A DNA stretch of 27,060 nucleotides, taken from the IMG/VR virus record IMGVR_UViG_3300028586_000069, positions 1 to 27,060 of that record; one strand, 5' to 3'. The stretch is from a virus. Its lineage: Duplodnaviria > Caudoviricetes. The notes beneath the pieces are model-generated. The model made no database searches. It saw only the letters and a list, made by a program, of their open reading frames with translations, and was not told the origin of the DNA. Below are positions 8,126-15,911 of this stretch, in pieces. The position numbers and the translations under genes are program-made. Every line of letters begins with the position of its first letter. Within the stretch, counting starts at the first letter, position 1.

Positions 8126-10279
8126 TTAGCTCACCGCCACGTTGCCGAAGAAATGGCGCCCGTCACTCATCAGAACGCTGAGCTTACCGGTCGCCCCTGC
8201 CGCAAGGGATGATTGGAAAGAGAAGGTCAGCACGCCAGACCCGTTTGTTGTTTGTGCAGTCGACGAGTAGCGCTGGATTCCGCCCTCTGTAAAAGTCACT
8301 TCCAATCCTGCCAGGTTGAGTGCATTACCAGCGACCTCTTCGAGAGTAAAAGTCACTGTCCGAGTCGTTAATTGAGGAGTTCCTGCCAATGCCGCGCGGA
8401 CGGCTCCTGCGGCCAGAGGCGCGATGTGCGCGATGTTCTCATTGCCATAAGGATGCAGTGCATCGGCCGAATTAACAGTGTTGAACCAGCTGGCGGTGTC
8501 GACATAGGTGCAGCGCGAGGGCGCGGAGCACGCTGCAATCGCGGCCTGCAGGTTCGCTGCCTGGCTGGTGTCCTTAAACGGCCGGAATACGATGATCTTG
8601 GCCGAAGAGGCCGCCAGAAGCCCATTGAGAACCCCCGTGGCTGCGGACACCGTGTTGGCCGTGCTGTCGTTCGTCCCCATGTTGATGGCGATGAAATCGA
8701 GTGCGGTTGCAAAGGTGCGCGCCACGCCACTGGACAGCAAATTGTAGGTGCTGCCGAAAATTGGCACATCGGGGTTGCCCGTGACCGTAAAGCCGTGCCG
8801 GCCGAAACCGATCACGCCGATTTCGGCGCCCAGCAGCTTGCCCATGATGTACGCCCAGCTCTGCCGGGCATCGTTGCGGTCGGTGTCATTGTTCGCGGTC
8901 GCATTGAGCGTGCGCACACCCTCCGTGATGCTGTCGCCGTAGACGATACCCTTGATCGCCAGCACGGCCGGCTTGCTGATGGCCTTGCCGGAATCAAGCA
9001 CGATCCCCGTCAGCACCACAGCAGTCTGCGAAGCCGAGGCCCAGCGGTTGATCGTCTCCGAGGTGCTTTTTACGACGACGTGCAGCAGGTGGCCACCCTT
9101 ATCGGCGTAGTCACTTGTGGCAGTGGGTACCACGATCGCCACGTTGGCGGCAATCGGCACCGTCGTCCAGCTGCCGGTACCGTCGACTTGATACGAGATT
9201 TGCGAGATCGGGGCGCCCACGGTCGCCATGTCAAACTGCAGGGTGCACGCTGTCCCGGTGAAAAGGAACGAAAACTCGGCACCCGCATTGATGGTGCGAG
9301 CCTTACTGGCCTGAATTTCCCAATTTTCGGGCGAGAATTTGATGTTCACGGTCCCGTTCGTCAGGGCATTGTTGCCGCCAACAGCCGAAGCCGTATAGGT
9401 CACCCCGGTGGGATTGCTCAGACCGCCGTTATTGGCCAGGCTGATCGTCTTAGCGCCCGCGCTGGCGGCGGTGTAGGAGAAGTCGCCGGTGGGGGCGGCA
9501 GCCGAAAGACTTACAGTTGCCGGCGTGAACGTCCCGCCTTGGCCACCGTCGTTCGGCGTCACAACGACCGTACCGGTGATTGCCCCGTTGGCGGCCGCCG
9601 TGAAGTTGCTCGACGCGGCACCGACAGTGCCGGTCGTCGGCGCCACATTGAATACCAGGCCCGTAGCCGGCGTGGCGGCTGAGGCCCCATCTGCGCCGTC
9701 ACCATTCAAACTGTAAAGGGCGGCCAGATTTGGGGCGGTGCTGCTTGTCGCTGCCGTTGGTGAGGTGTAGCTGGCCGTGTGCTGGCAGGTCGACCATACC
9801 GACACATCGTCTACCTCGCCCGTCCAATCGTAGCCGCCGCCGCCCACCCCCGCGAACTCGCGTACGCCGAATATCCCCGTAAGCGCGCCGCCGGCCGCGG
9901 CAAAGGATCCGGCCTGCTGATTGACCAAAACACCGTCGCAGAAAAAGAAGCTGCTCGCCCCGTTGGTGCCTAGCTCCAGGTAGTGCCACGCCCCATCGAC
10001 GACGGAAACAGTCGAGGACAGTGTTTTTTCATTGCCCCCGCCGAAAGCGGCGTAGGCCTTGCCCGCCGCGTCACAGCCAAAATAAAAGGCTTGGGGCTGC
10101 CCTACCGCTACTTTAAGCCCTCCGGGGGCTGCCGCCAGCTTTACCCAGGCCGCGACCGTCCACGACCCGCCAGCCGCCAGAGGCGATGTCGCGCTCTCAC
10201 CGTAGCCAGCGTTTAGGCTCGAACCAAATTTGCCGGTGGAGTTAAACCCAGCTCCTGTGAGCGTCAAATTCTTTGCCAT
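8126..10279 (-). CDS. LamG (ConA-like) + Ig-like + SGNH/GDSL hydrolase protein, putative head fibre
   Basis: 717 aa; LamG motifs WTVAAWVK, DGAWHY, FFCDGVL, GEVDDVSVW; SGNH blocks GDSITEG, GFGRHG, MGTND, DALHP. Confidence 0.8.
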   Translation of the reverse strand: MAKNLTLTGAGFNSTGKFGSSLNAGYGESATSPLAAGGSWTVAAWVKLAAAPGGLKVAVGQPQAFYFGCDAAGKAYAAFGGGNEKTLSSTVSVVDGAWHYLELGTNGASSFFFCDGVLVNQQAGSFAAAGGALTGIFGVREFAGVGGGGYDWTGEVDDVSVWSTCQHTASYTSPTAATSSTAPNLAALYSLNGDGADGASAATPATGLVFNVAPTTGTVGAASSNFTAAANGAITGTVVVTPNDGGQGGTFTPATVSLSAAAPTGDFSYTAASAGAKTISLANNGGLSNPTGVTYTASAVGGNNALTNGTVNIKFSPENWEIQASKARTINAGAEFSFLFTGTACTLQFDMATVGAPISQISYQVDGTGSWTTVPIAANVAIVVPTATSDYADKGGHLLHVVVKSTSETINRWASASQTAVVLTGIVLDSGKAISKPAVLAIKGIVYGDSITEGVRTLNATANNDTDRNDARQSWAYIMGKLLGAEIGVIGFGRHGFTVTGNPDVPIFGSTYNLLSSGVARTFATALDFIAINMGTNDSTANTVSAATGVLNGLLAASSAKIIVFRPFKDTSQAANLQAAIAACSAPSRCTYVDTASWFNTVNSADALHPYGNENIAHIAPLAAGAVRAALAGTPQLTTRTVTFTLEEVAGNALNLAGLEVTFTEGGIQRYSSTAQTTNGSGVLTFSFQSSLAAGATGKLSVLMSDGRHFFGNVAVS

Positions 10280-10296
10280 TTTGATCCTAGTTGGGA

Positions 10297-10551
10297 CTAC
10301 AAACTGCGAGTTTTCATGCGCCCATGCCGTTCAAATTGAACCGTCGTGATGCCCTGCTCTTTCAGCATGGCGAGCAGCGCGGCAAAATCGTCGGGCTTTA
10401 GGACCCCGACCGCCGCGTGCAAATATGCCAGCGTGTCGGTGAGGTGCGTCACGGTGACAATTGCGCGGTAGGGAATGCGCTGGGCGTAGCCGTTTGGCTC
10501 GTCGTAGGCGCGGACTTGGGATACGGAGCGCGACATGTGCAAAAAGGTCAT
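10297..10551 (-). CDS. Hypothetical protein (84 aa)
   Basis: ATG at 10551 preceded by GGAG; MTFLHMSRSVSQVRAYDEP...FERHGRMKTRSL. The longer track start overlaps the neighbouring gene. Confidence 0.65.
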   Translation of the reverse strand: MTFLHMSRSVSQVRAYDEPNGYAQRIPYRAIVTVTHLTDTLAYLHAAVGVLKPDDFAALLAMLKEQGITTVQFERHGRMKTRSL

Positions 10552-10580
10552 GGCGCGCTCCAAGGGGAGATTGGACGGTG

Positions 10581-10973
10581 CTACTGGGGGAAACTCAGGC
10601 TGAAGTCCGCAACGGCCTGGTCGGCTTCCGGGCGGCTCAGGTTCTTGGCGTAGACCTCGGACCACAGAGCGCGCACGAAATAGGCGCGATCTGAAGGAAC
10701 CAGGGCCGTGGGGATGGCCGCAAGGTTGGTGGCTGGCTGGGCTGGCTGGGCGGCTTCGGCCGGCGGCGCTGGCATCGGAGCCCCGTCCACTGAGGCGGGC
10801 GGCGTGACCGAAATGTCCGGTGAGACGTGGATTGGCTCTTGAGGCACTGCTGAGGCCGTCACGACCGGCTGACTGATGGCTGTATGCATCGCGCGAGCGG
10901 CGCCCTCGGCCGCGACGTCGACAAGAAAGGCGCGGAGTTGCGCTAAAGCATCGGGGGTCAAGATTTCGATCAT
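10581..10973 (-). CDS. Hypothetical protein with Pro/Ala-rich linker (130 aa; alternative start 10979)
   Basis: GAAGGA RBS 6 nt before the ATG at 10973; helical N- and C-terminal segments joined by a PAPPAEAAQPAQP linker. Confidence 0.6.
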   Translation of the reverse strand: MIEILTPDALAQLRAFLVDVAAEGAARAMHTAISQPVVTASAVPQEPIHVSPDISVTPPASVDGAPMPAPPAEAAQPAQPATNLAAIPTALVPSDRAYFVRALWSEVYAKNLSRPEADQAVADFSLSFPQ

Positions 10974-10984
10974 GATCATTCCTT

Positions 10985-11494
10985 CTAATTGGCTGGTAGA
11001 GCGAGTGATGGTGTCGGCGGAACTCGCTCGACGAGAACTACGTTTCGTTTTTTGCCAGGCGTGAGAGTGATCGCGCCCTCGGCTTCGAGGCGTCGCAGGC
11101 AAACTTGCGCGCAATTTGGAGATGCCCACCCCAGACGCGCAGAAATCTCTTCCAGCGACGGCGATGCGCCTTCGCTCAGCCAGTAGTCGGCGATGAACTT
11201 GAGCGCCTTGGCGCGCTTGATCTGCCACTTGTCCACCAGTTCCGTGACGACCGCAGGCTGAGCCTCCACGGAAAACTCTTCCTCGAAAATCAGATCGCGC
11301 ATTTCGGCGACTGAGCATCCCAGGCACTCGTGCAGGCGGAGGATCAGGAATGCAGAAAGAAACGAGTGGTCGTGGCGAATTTTCGAGATGAGAGGTCGCT
11401 GCACGTCTAGCCGACGGCACAGGTCTGAGTCGCTTTTGAGCCCATGCTGCGCCTTGACGCGGTCCAGGTACTCAGATGCGGTCAGTTTGCCCAT
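10985..11494 (-). CDS. Two-domain DNA-binding protein: XRE-like HTH fused to a LexA-type winged HTH, no peptidase domain
   Basis: N-terminal LKSDSDLCRRLDVQRPLISKIRH HTH; C-terminal FIADY...G.SPSLEEISARLGWASPNCAQVCLRRLEAEG.I...PGKKR resembles the LexA DNA-binding domain. Confidence 0.75.
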   Translation of the reverse strand: MGKLTASEYLDRVKAQHGLKSDSDLCRRLDVQRPLISKIRHDHSFLSAFLILRLHECLGCSVAEMRDLIFEEEFSVEAQPAVVTELVDKWQIKRAKALKFIADYWLSEGASPSLEEISARLGWASPNCAQVCLRRLEAEGAITLTPGKKRNVVLVERVPPTPSLALPAN

Positions 11495-11509
11495 GGCTGA
11501 TATTGACGA

Positions 11510-11941
11510 TTACTGCGCGGCCGCGTCGAGCAGCGCCTGCAGGTCCGCTTTCTTGGCCGCTGGATCGAACGGGATCGACTTTGCAGTCAGGGCGTCGCGG
11601 AGTTCGGCGACGGTCAGCGACTTGGCGGTTTCGGCGCCCTGCTCTGCCAATTTGGCGGCAACTTCAGCCAGGCGGGCGCGCTCAGCTTCTTGTTCGCCAG
11701 CCTGGGCGTCGAGCCGGGTCTGTTCAGCGACGATGTTGGCATGCATGCGTTCGAGCTCGGCACGGGCGTTGTCCACGTCCTGCGAAGTCAGCGCCCGCGG
11801 TTGCTCGACCGGCAGATTTTCGAGGTCAACAGGCTCGACCGCTTCGTGCAGGTCGGCGTTGAAGTCGGCCAGATTGATGACGACGAAGCCTTCTGGATTG
11901 TCGTCGGTCGGCTCGGATTTGATGCTGATGGTTGGGATCAT
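11510..11941 (-). CDS. HeH/LEM-domain protein following the capsid gene (putative head accessory)
   Basis: C-terminal LTVAELRDALTAKSIPFDPAAKKADLQALLD; central coiled coil; TAGGAG RBS. Confidence 0.7.
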   Translation of the reverse strand: MIPTISIKSEPTDDNPEGFVVINLADFNADLHEAVEPVDLENLPVEQPRALTSQDVDNARAELERMHANIVAEQTRLDAQAGEQEAERARLAEVAAKLAEQGAETAKSLTVAELRDALTAKSIPFDPAAKKADLQALLDAAAQ

Positions 11942-11956
11942 GCTGCGCTCCTAAGT

Positions 11957-11976
11957 GCAGGGGCCGAAGCCCCTGC
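11957..11976 (-). other. Stable UUCG-tetraloop hairpin 3' of the capsid gene (no U tract)
   Basis: Minus strand GCAGGGGC-TTCG-GCCCCTGC, perfect 8-bp stem. Confidence 0.7.
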
Positions 11977-11988
11977 GGTGGTTGATGG

Positions 11989-13344
11989 TTAGCCGAGCAG
12001 CAGCGCGATGTGGCGCGGCGCCAGGGCTTTGGTGCCCCATGCCAGGCCGATCTCGTACTTGATCTGACGATACATCTTGTACATCGCGATCTGGAACACG
12101 ATGCCGCTGACCGGGTCGACCACTTCCATGACGTCTTCGGCCATGTCGATCGCTTTGCCATCCGGGCCGACCGGCATAGCCGGCGCCCGGGTGATCAGCT
12201 GGATCGCATTGCGGTCGAACGCGACGTTGGCGGTGTAGCTGTTGCCAGTCGTCATGGCCTGTGCAGATGCTGGGATGGCTTGGCGCAAGCCGGGCTCGAC
12301 CAGGGTGATTACGCCAGGGCCGGCCACACCAGCGGCCACAACGTACTTGTTGGCGTCGCCGGCAAAGCTCACGACGTCACCAGCCAGCACGGTGCCGGTA
12401 CCGGTGATCAGGGTGATGGCGGTCGCGCCGACCGCATAGCCAGCGGTGTTGGTGGTGTAGCTCGCGCCAGTGCCCTTGGTGAAAGACTGGATCTGACCCG
12501 ACTCATGCGGGTAGAAACCGTCGACGGGCAGCGCAATCGAGCCGGTGCGCAGCAGGATTTCGGAGCCCGCCTCGTTGACCTTGAACAGGCCCGATTGCTT
12601 ACCACGCATGTTGGCGGCTGCTGCGGTGTTCATCACCATGTGCAGGTCGCTCATCGGGGCGCCGTTGTCGACCAGGATCTTCCGCGGTTGCGCAAAGTCC
12701 GACAGGTCGGCAGCAACACCGAATGGCGTGGTGCCTGGGGTGCCGTAGGCACGCGAGCCGACCATCGCGGTGGCGGCCAGGTCGGCCTCGACGGCGTTGG
12801 CCAGTGTGCGGAAGCCCTGTGCGAACTGATTCATCAGCACGCCGCCGAAGGTGCCGGCATTGTTCATTCCCTTCTGCTCTTCGCCGTTCCACAGCACCTC
12901 GTAGGCTTTCGACTTCGAGATGGTCATGCTGGTCGGCGCGATCACCTGGCCACCGCTCGATGCCGCAGTCACGCCTGGAACGATGTCGATCAGGCCGCCT
13001 TGTTGGGTGACAGGAATCGTGATCGTTTCATTCAGCGCGGCTTGCTCGCCATTGGAGTTCTTGGCGACGGCAGGGATGAAGCCGACAGCTTCGCGCGACA
13101 CGATGTCGAGGGCCTGGTAGATCGTTGGGATCAAGCCGGTCAGCGTGTTGGCGCCCAGGATCATGCCGGTACGGGCCATGTGATTGGTGAGGTGCGCGCC
13201 GGCGATCTCGGCAAACGCTTTGCCGTACAGCGAGGTTTTGGTAGCAAACGAGTGGCCGTGGCCAGTGACGTTCGCGAACAGATGTGCAACCGGTGCCAGC
13301 ACCAGGGCAAGCACGGCGGCGACAGCGAAAATAATCATCTTCAT
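11989..13344 (-). CDS. Major capsid protein (P22 coat-like) with a 64-aa N-terminal extension
   Basis: ANTLTGLIPTIY.ALD.VSRE.VGFIPAV core start, insertion-domain-like segment, C-terminal Y.MYRQ..YEIGLAWG.K...P.HIALLLG; TAAGG RBS before the ATG at 13344. Confidence 0.9.
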   Translation of the reverse strand: MKMIIFAVAAVLALVLAPVAHLFANVTGHGHSFATKTSLYGKAFAEIAGAHLTNHMARTGMILGANTLTGLIPTIYQALDIVSREAVGFIPAVAKNSNGEQAALNETITIPVTQQGGLIDIVPGVTAASSGGQVIAPTSMTISKSKAYEVLWNGEEQKGMNNAGTFGGVLMNQFAQGFRTLANAVEADLAATAMVGSRAYGTPGTTPFGVAADLSDFAQPRKILVDNGAPMSDLHMVMNTAAAANMRGKQSGLFKVNEAGSEILLRTGSIALPVDGFYPHESGQIQSFTKGTGASYTTNTAGYAVGATAITLITGTGTVLAGDVVSFAGDANKYVVAAGVAGPGVITLVEPGLRQAIPASAQAMTTGNSYTANVAFDRNAIQLITRAPAMPVGPDGKAIDMAEDVMEVVDPVSGIVFQIAMYKMYRQIKYEIGLAWGTKALAPRHIALLLG

Positions 13345-13393
13345 GGTAAATACCTTATGGAAAGTTTGACGGTTTGAGGTTTGTGAAACAGAC

Positions 13394-13438
13394 AGGCCAT
13401 CCAGCCCAAATCGCCAAGCAACCCATCCAGGTGCCGGC
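13394..13438 (-). promoter_or_regulatory. Two GGAU-tetraloop hairpins in the capsid gene leader
   Basis: Minus strand ACCT-GGAT-GGGT inside GCCGGC...TTGGC (13413-13438), and GGGCT-GGAT-GGCCT (13394-13407). Confidence 0.55.
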
Positions 13439-13462
13439 CGTTCATTGCGGTTACTTCGGATA

Positions 13463-13486
13463 TAAAAAAGCCCACTGCTGTGGGCC
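13463..13486 (-). terminator. Intrinsic terminator between scaffold and capsid genes
   Basis: Minus strand GGCCCAC-AGCA-GTGGGCT followed by TTTTT. Confidence 0.7.
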
Positions 13487-13505
13487 CATGTTGATGCGGT
13501 GTTGC

Positions 13506-14300
13506 TTAGTCGGTGATTGCCACCTTGTCACGAATTGCGGATGACTTTGCGGTGGCGTCGAGGCCGTCGAACTGCGCCCGGCTCATTGATTTGCCACCGC
13601 CGCCACCGCCGCCACCCTGCTGAGCGCCGCCACCGGATGCGCCAGATCCTTTGAGGATCATGTCTTTGTTCGGATACTGATTCACCATGACCTGCAGCGC
13701 TTCTTCGAAGTCCGCGTGGTTGCCGTGGTTGGTGGCAGAGAAAATCGGGTTGCCTTGCGCGTCCAGCGGGACAAGCTTGCCGCTCTCAACCTTGAAACGA
13801 TCGCCAAAGACTTTCTGCGCGATGTCGGCTGGGATCGCCAGCTTCTCTGCGATGAACTTCGAACCAGCGAAGCTGCCGCCGATGATGTGATTGTTCAGGT
13901 CGCCGGTCAGCTTCAGGTTCTGCTCTGTGAGCGCACGCTCTTTCTCGGCCGCTTGGCGCGTCGCGGCGGCAACTGCTTCTTGCGCGGACTTCGCGGCGGC
14001 ATCCTTGATCTCCTGGACCTTGCCGGCGGCGACCAGGTCACCGTCCTTGATGTTCTTCATCGTTTCCAGCGCCTTGCGGGCTGCTTCGCCGTCTTCGATG
14101 CCTGCGAAGCCCTTGAGCTTGCTCTCGGCGGCTTCGGCGCGCTCGCGGTGGGCCTTCGCTTCACCGTTGAGCCGGCCAATGCTGGCGATGGTGTTGTCCG
14201 CATCGAAAGGCGCTTCACGGCCGTCCGCGTAGACAAAAATAGGGAGCTTCTTTTCGGCGTCCACTGCGATGGCACCGTTGCTGTCGGTCTTGAATGGCAT
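13506..14300 (-). CDS. Capsid scaffolding protein (DUF6651-like)
   Basis: 264 aa; P..VY.DG.E.PFDA, coiled coil, IGGSF..SKFI.EK, ADFEEAL...V.QYP.KD.ILKG, Gly-rich linker and short C-terminal helix; directly upstream of the capsid gene. Confidence 0.85.
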   Translation of the reverse strand: MPFKTDSNGAIAVDAEKKLPIFVYADGREAPFDADNTIASIGRLNGEAKAHRERAEAAESKLKGFAGIEDGEAARKALETMKNIKDGDLVAAGKVQEIKDAAAKSAQEAVAAATRQAAEKERALTEQNLKLTGDLNNHIIGGSFAGSKFIAEKLAIPADIAQKVFGDRFKVESGKLVPLDAQGNPIFSATNHGNHADFEEALQVMVNQYPNKDMILKGSGASGGGAQQGGGGGGGGKSMSRAQFDGLDATAKSSAIRDKVAITD

Positions 14301-14313
14301 GGTCTGACTTTCT

Positions 14314-14371
14314 GGGCATCCGCCCTATCAATGGCCTTCTGGCCGTGCGCCGAGTCGCGTCCGCTATCGGC
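14314..14371 (-). promoter_or_regulatory. Three tandem hairpins (GGAC, AGAA, GGAU loops) in the scaffold gene leader
   Basis: GCCGA-TA-GC-GGAC-GC-GAC-TCGGC (14349-14371), GGCC-AGAA-GGCC (14333-14344), GGGC-GGAT-GCCC (14314-14325). Confidence 0.55.
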
Positions 14372-14374
14372 ATT

Positions 14375-14398
14375 AAAAAACCGCCCGAAGCGGACGGT
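14375..14398 (-). terminator. Intrinsic terminator upstream of the scaffold gene
   Basis: Minus strand ACCGTCCG-CTT-CGGGCGGT followed by TTTTT. Confidence 0.7.
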
Positions 14399-14436
14399 AT
14401 GAAGACTTGGTATTATTTAAAATTTAAGAGGCGAAG

Positions 14437-14724
14437 ATGACGACCGAACATAAAGCATTGCCGTTTGACCAAGCTCTTGAGATTCTCATATCTAAGCTCG
14501 AGGTCAATTCAATCGTCGGCGAAGACACCGTCATAGTAGAAACTCAGGACAACAAAACGGCTATATCAACCTTTGCATTTGTGCACGGGATGACGCCCGA
14601 AAGCTTGGAAAACGTGATTTACAAGGAGATTGATCGGCAAGAATCAGAGCCAACCATTCACGATGACTACAATGAAATGCTCATCGAGCGGGAGCAGGAA
14701 GAATTCGCAAAGTCCGGCGACTAG
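14437..14724 (+). CDS. Counter-oriented moron, acidic 95-aa hypothetical protein
   Basis: Visibly lower GC than its flanks; AT-rich upstream (TATTATTTAAAATTT), AAGAGG RBS; stop overlaps the minor head gene stop (CTAG). Confidence 0.75.
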   Translation: MTTEHKALPFDQALEILISKLEVNSIVGEDTVIVETQDNKTAISTFAFVHGMTPESLENVIYKEIDRQESEPTIHDDYNEMLIEREQEEFAKSGD

Positions 14725-15911
14725 TGACGATTCGAACGGAGGTCCGTGAGCTTCAAGGGCGATCCGCTCATGTCGACCAGGTCGCGCGGCGCTAGCTTCC
14801 CAGAGCGGAACAGTTCGGCCCGGCCCTTGCCCAGCACTTCATTCTGGTAATCCTCGCCTTTCAGCTTCAGGTAGTCGGCGAACTTCGTTTTGCTCGACAC
14901 CTGGCCGCTCGACGAGGCGCGCGCGCCCTCATCCGGCTCGTCCAGGTCGATCCCCATCTCGCGGAACGTCTTCATCAGCGCGATTTCGCTCGATCGGCAA
15001 TTCCAGTGCCGCGGCACGCCGCCGTTGTACGGCAGATCGTTGCCAAGGCTCGGCTCGTAGTCGACGTCCCATGTGGCGCCGTCGTAGGCGACGCACGTCA
15101 GGCTGGTGTGCCCGTCGAGCGTAGAGACCTGCATGATGCCGTTCGTGAGCTCTCGGTTGAGTTCCATGGTCTTGCGGCGGGCCTCGGCGGCAACCGTCTG
15201 CATCGCCGTTTGCACCACTGCCGCCGCATTCTTGCGCGCCAGCGGCATCACGCCAGGCGGCCCAACGAAGCCGGCCGGAGCCTTCGCGGTGACCTGCTCG
15301 CCCACGATACGCTTGATGATCTGTTGGTTCGTCTCGCCCAGTGCCGCGCCCGACCGGATCTCGTTCGCCAGCTTGAACGCCGTATCTGCCGATTGCCGCG
15401 CCCACCAGTCCCGCGACGGCGCGCCCTGGATCAGCGCATCGCTCGCCAGCTTCTTCAGGTAGTTCTCGGTCGGCAGCGCCACGCCGAGCCGGATCTCAAC
15501 GGCAGTGGCCAGGGCCGCCTCATTCGCCGCAGCCGCGGTGCGCACGGCGCTCATCGCAGCCCGCAACTCAGGCGCAACCGGCAACGCGGCGCCGGGCGCA
15601 AGGTCGACCAGCTTCATCAGTGCGTCTTTAACCGCCAGCGACTCGACCTCGCCTACCAAGCGCAGATCGAGTGCTGCTTGTGCCGAGCCGTAGCCGGCCT
15701 CGATCATCGCCGTCGCCTCACGCAGGAGTGTGTTGCGGCCGAGTTTCGTCAGCTCCGAGACGTCAGGCGAATTGGCGATCAGGCTGACCAAGTTGCGTTG
15801 CATGGTGATCAGCAAGGCCAGCACCTTCGCCTTGATGTCGGCCTCGGCGCGCAGCATGGCGATGTCCTGGGCCAGCAACATCTCCATCAGCCATCGCTCG
15901 AGCGCGCTCAT
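14721..15911 (-). CDS. Minor head / head morphogenesis protein (SPP1 gp7, Mu gpF-like)
   Basis: STLDGHTS..C...DG and P.HWNCRS motifs; Q.EVLGK.RAELFRSGKL; follows the portal gene. Confidence 0.85.
   Translation of the reverse strand: MSALERWLMEMLLAQDIAMLRAEADIKAKVLALLITMQRNLVSLIANSPDVSELTKLGRNTLLREATAMIEAGYGSAQAALDLRLVGEVESLAVKDALMKLVDLAPGAALPVAPELRAAMSAVRTAAAANEAALATAVEIRLGVALPTENYLKKLASDALIQGAPSRDWWARQSADTAFKLANEIRSGAALGETNQQIIKRIVGEQVTAKAPAGFVGPPGVMPLARKNAAAVVQTAMQTVAAEARRKTMELNRELTNGIMQVSTLDGHTSLTCVAYDGATWDVDYEPSLGNDLPYNGGVPRHWNCRSSEIALMKTFREMGIDLDEPDEGARASSSGQVSSKTKFADYLKLKGEDYQNEVLGKGRAELFRSGKLAPRDLVDMSGSPLKLTDLRSNRH

Noticed and set aside
10581-11420. 279-aa version of the Pro-rich ORF
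   Set aside because: The N-terminal extension overlaps the XRE-LexA gene in another frame; the RBS supports a start at 10973/10979.
12010-13377. 455-aa + strand ORF; likewise 3488-4777, 8372-9682, 15006-16157, 17713-18795
   Set aside because: Antisense shadows of the capsid, tube, fibre, minor head and terminase genes.
13590-13640. GCC/CCG-rich short repeat
   Set aside because: Encodes the Gly-rich linker of the scaffold protein.
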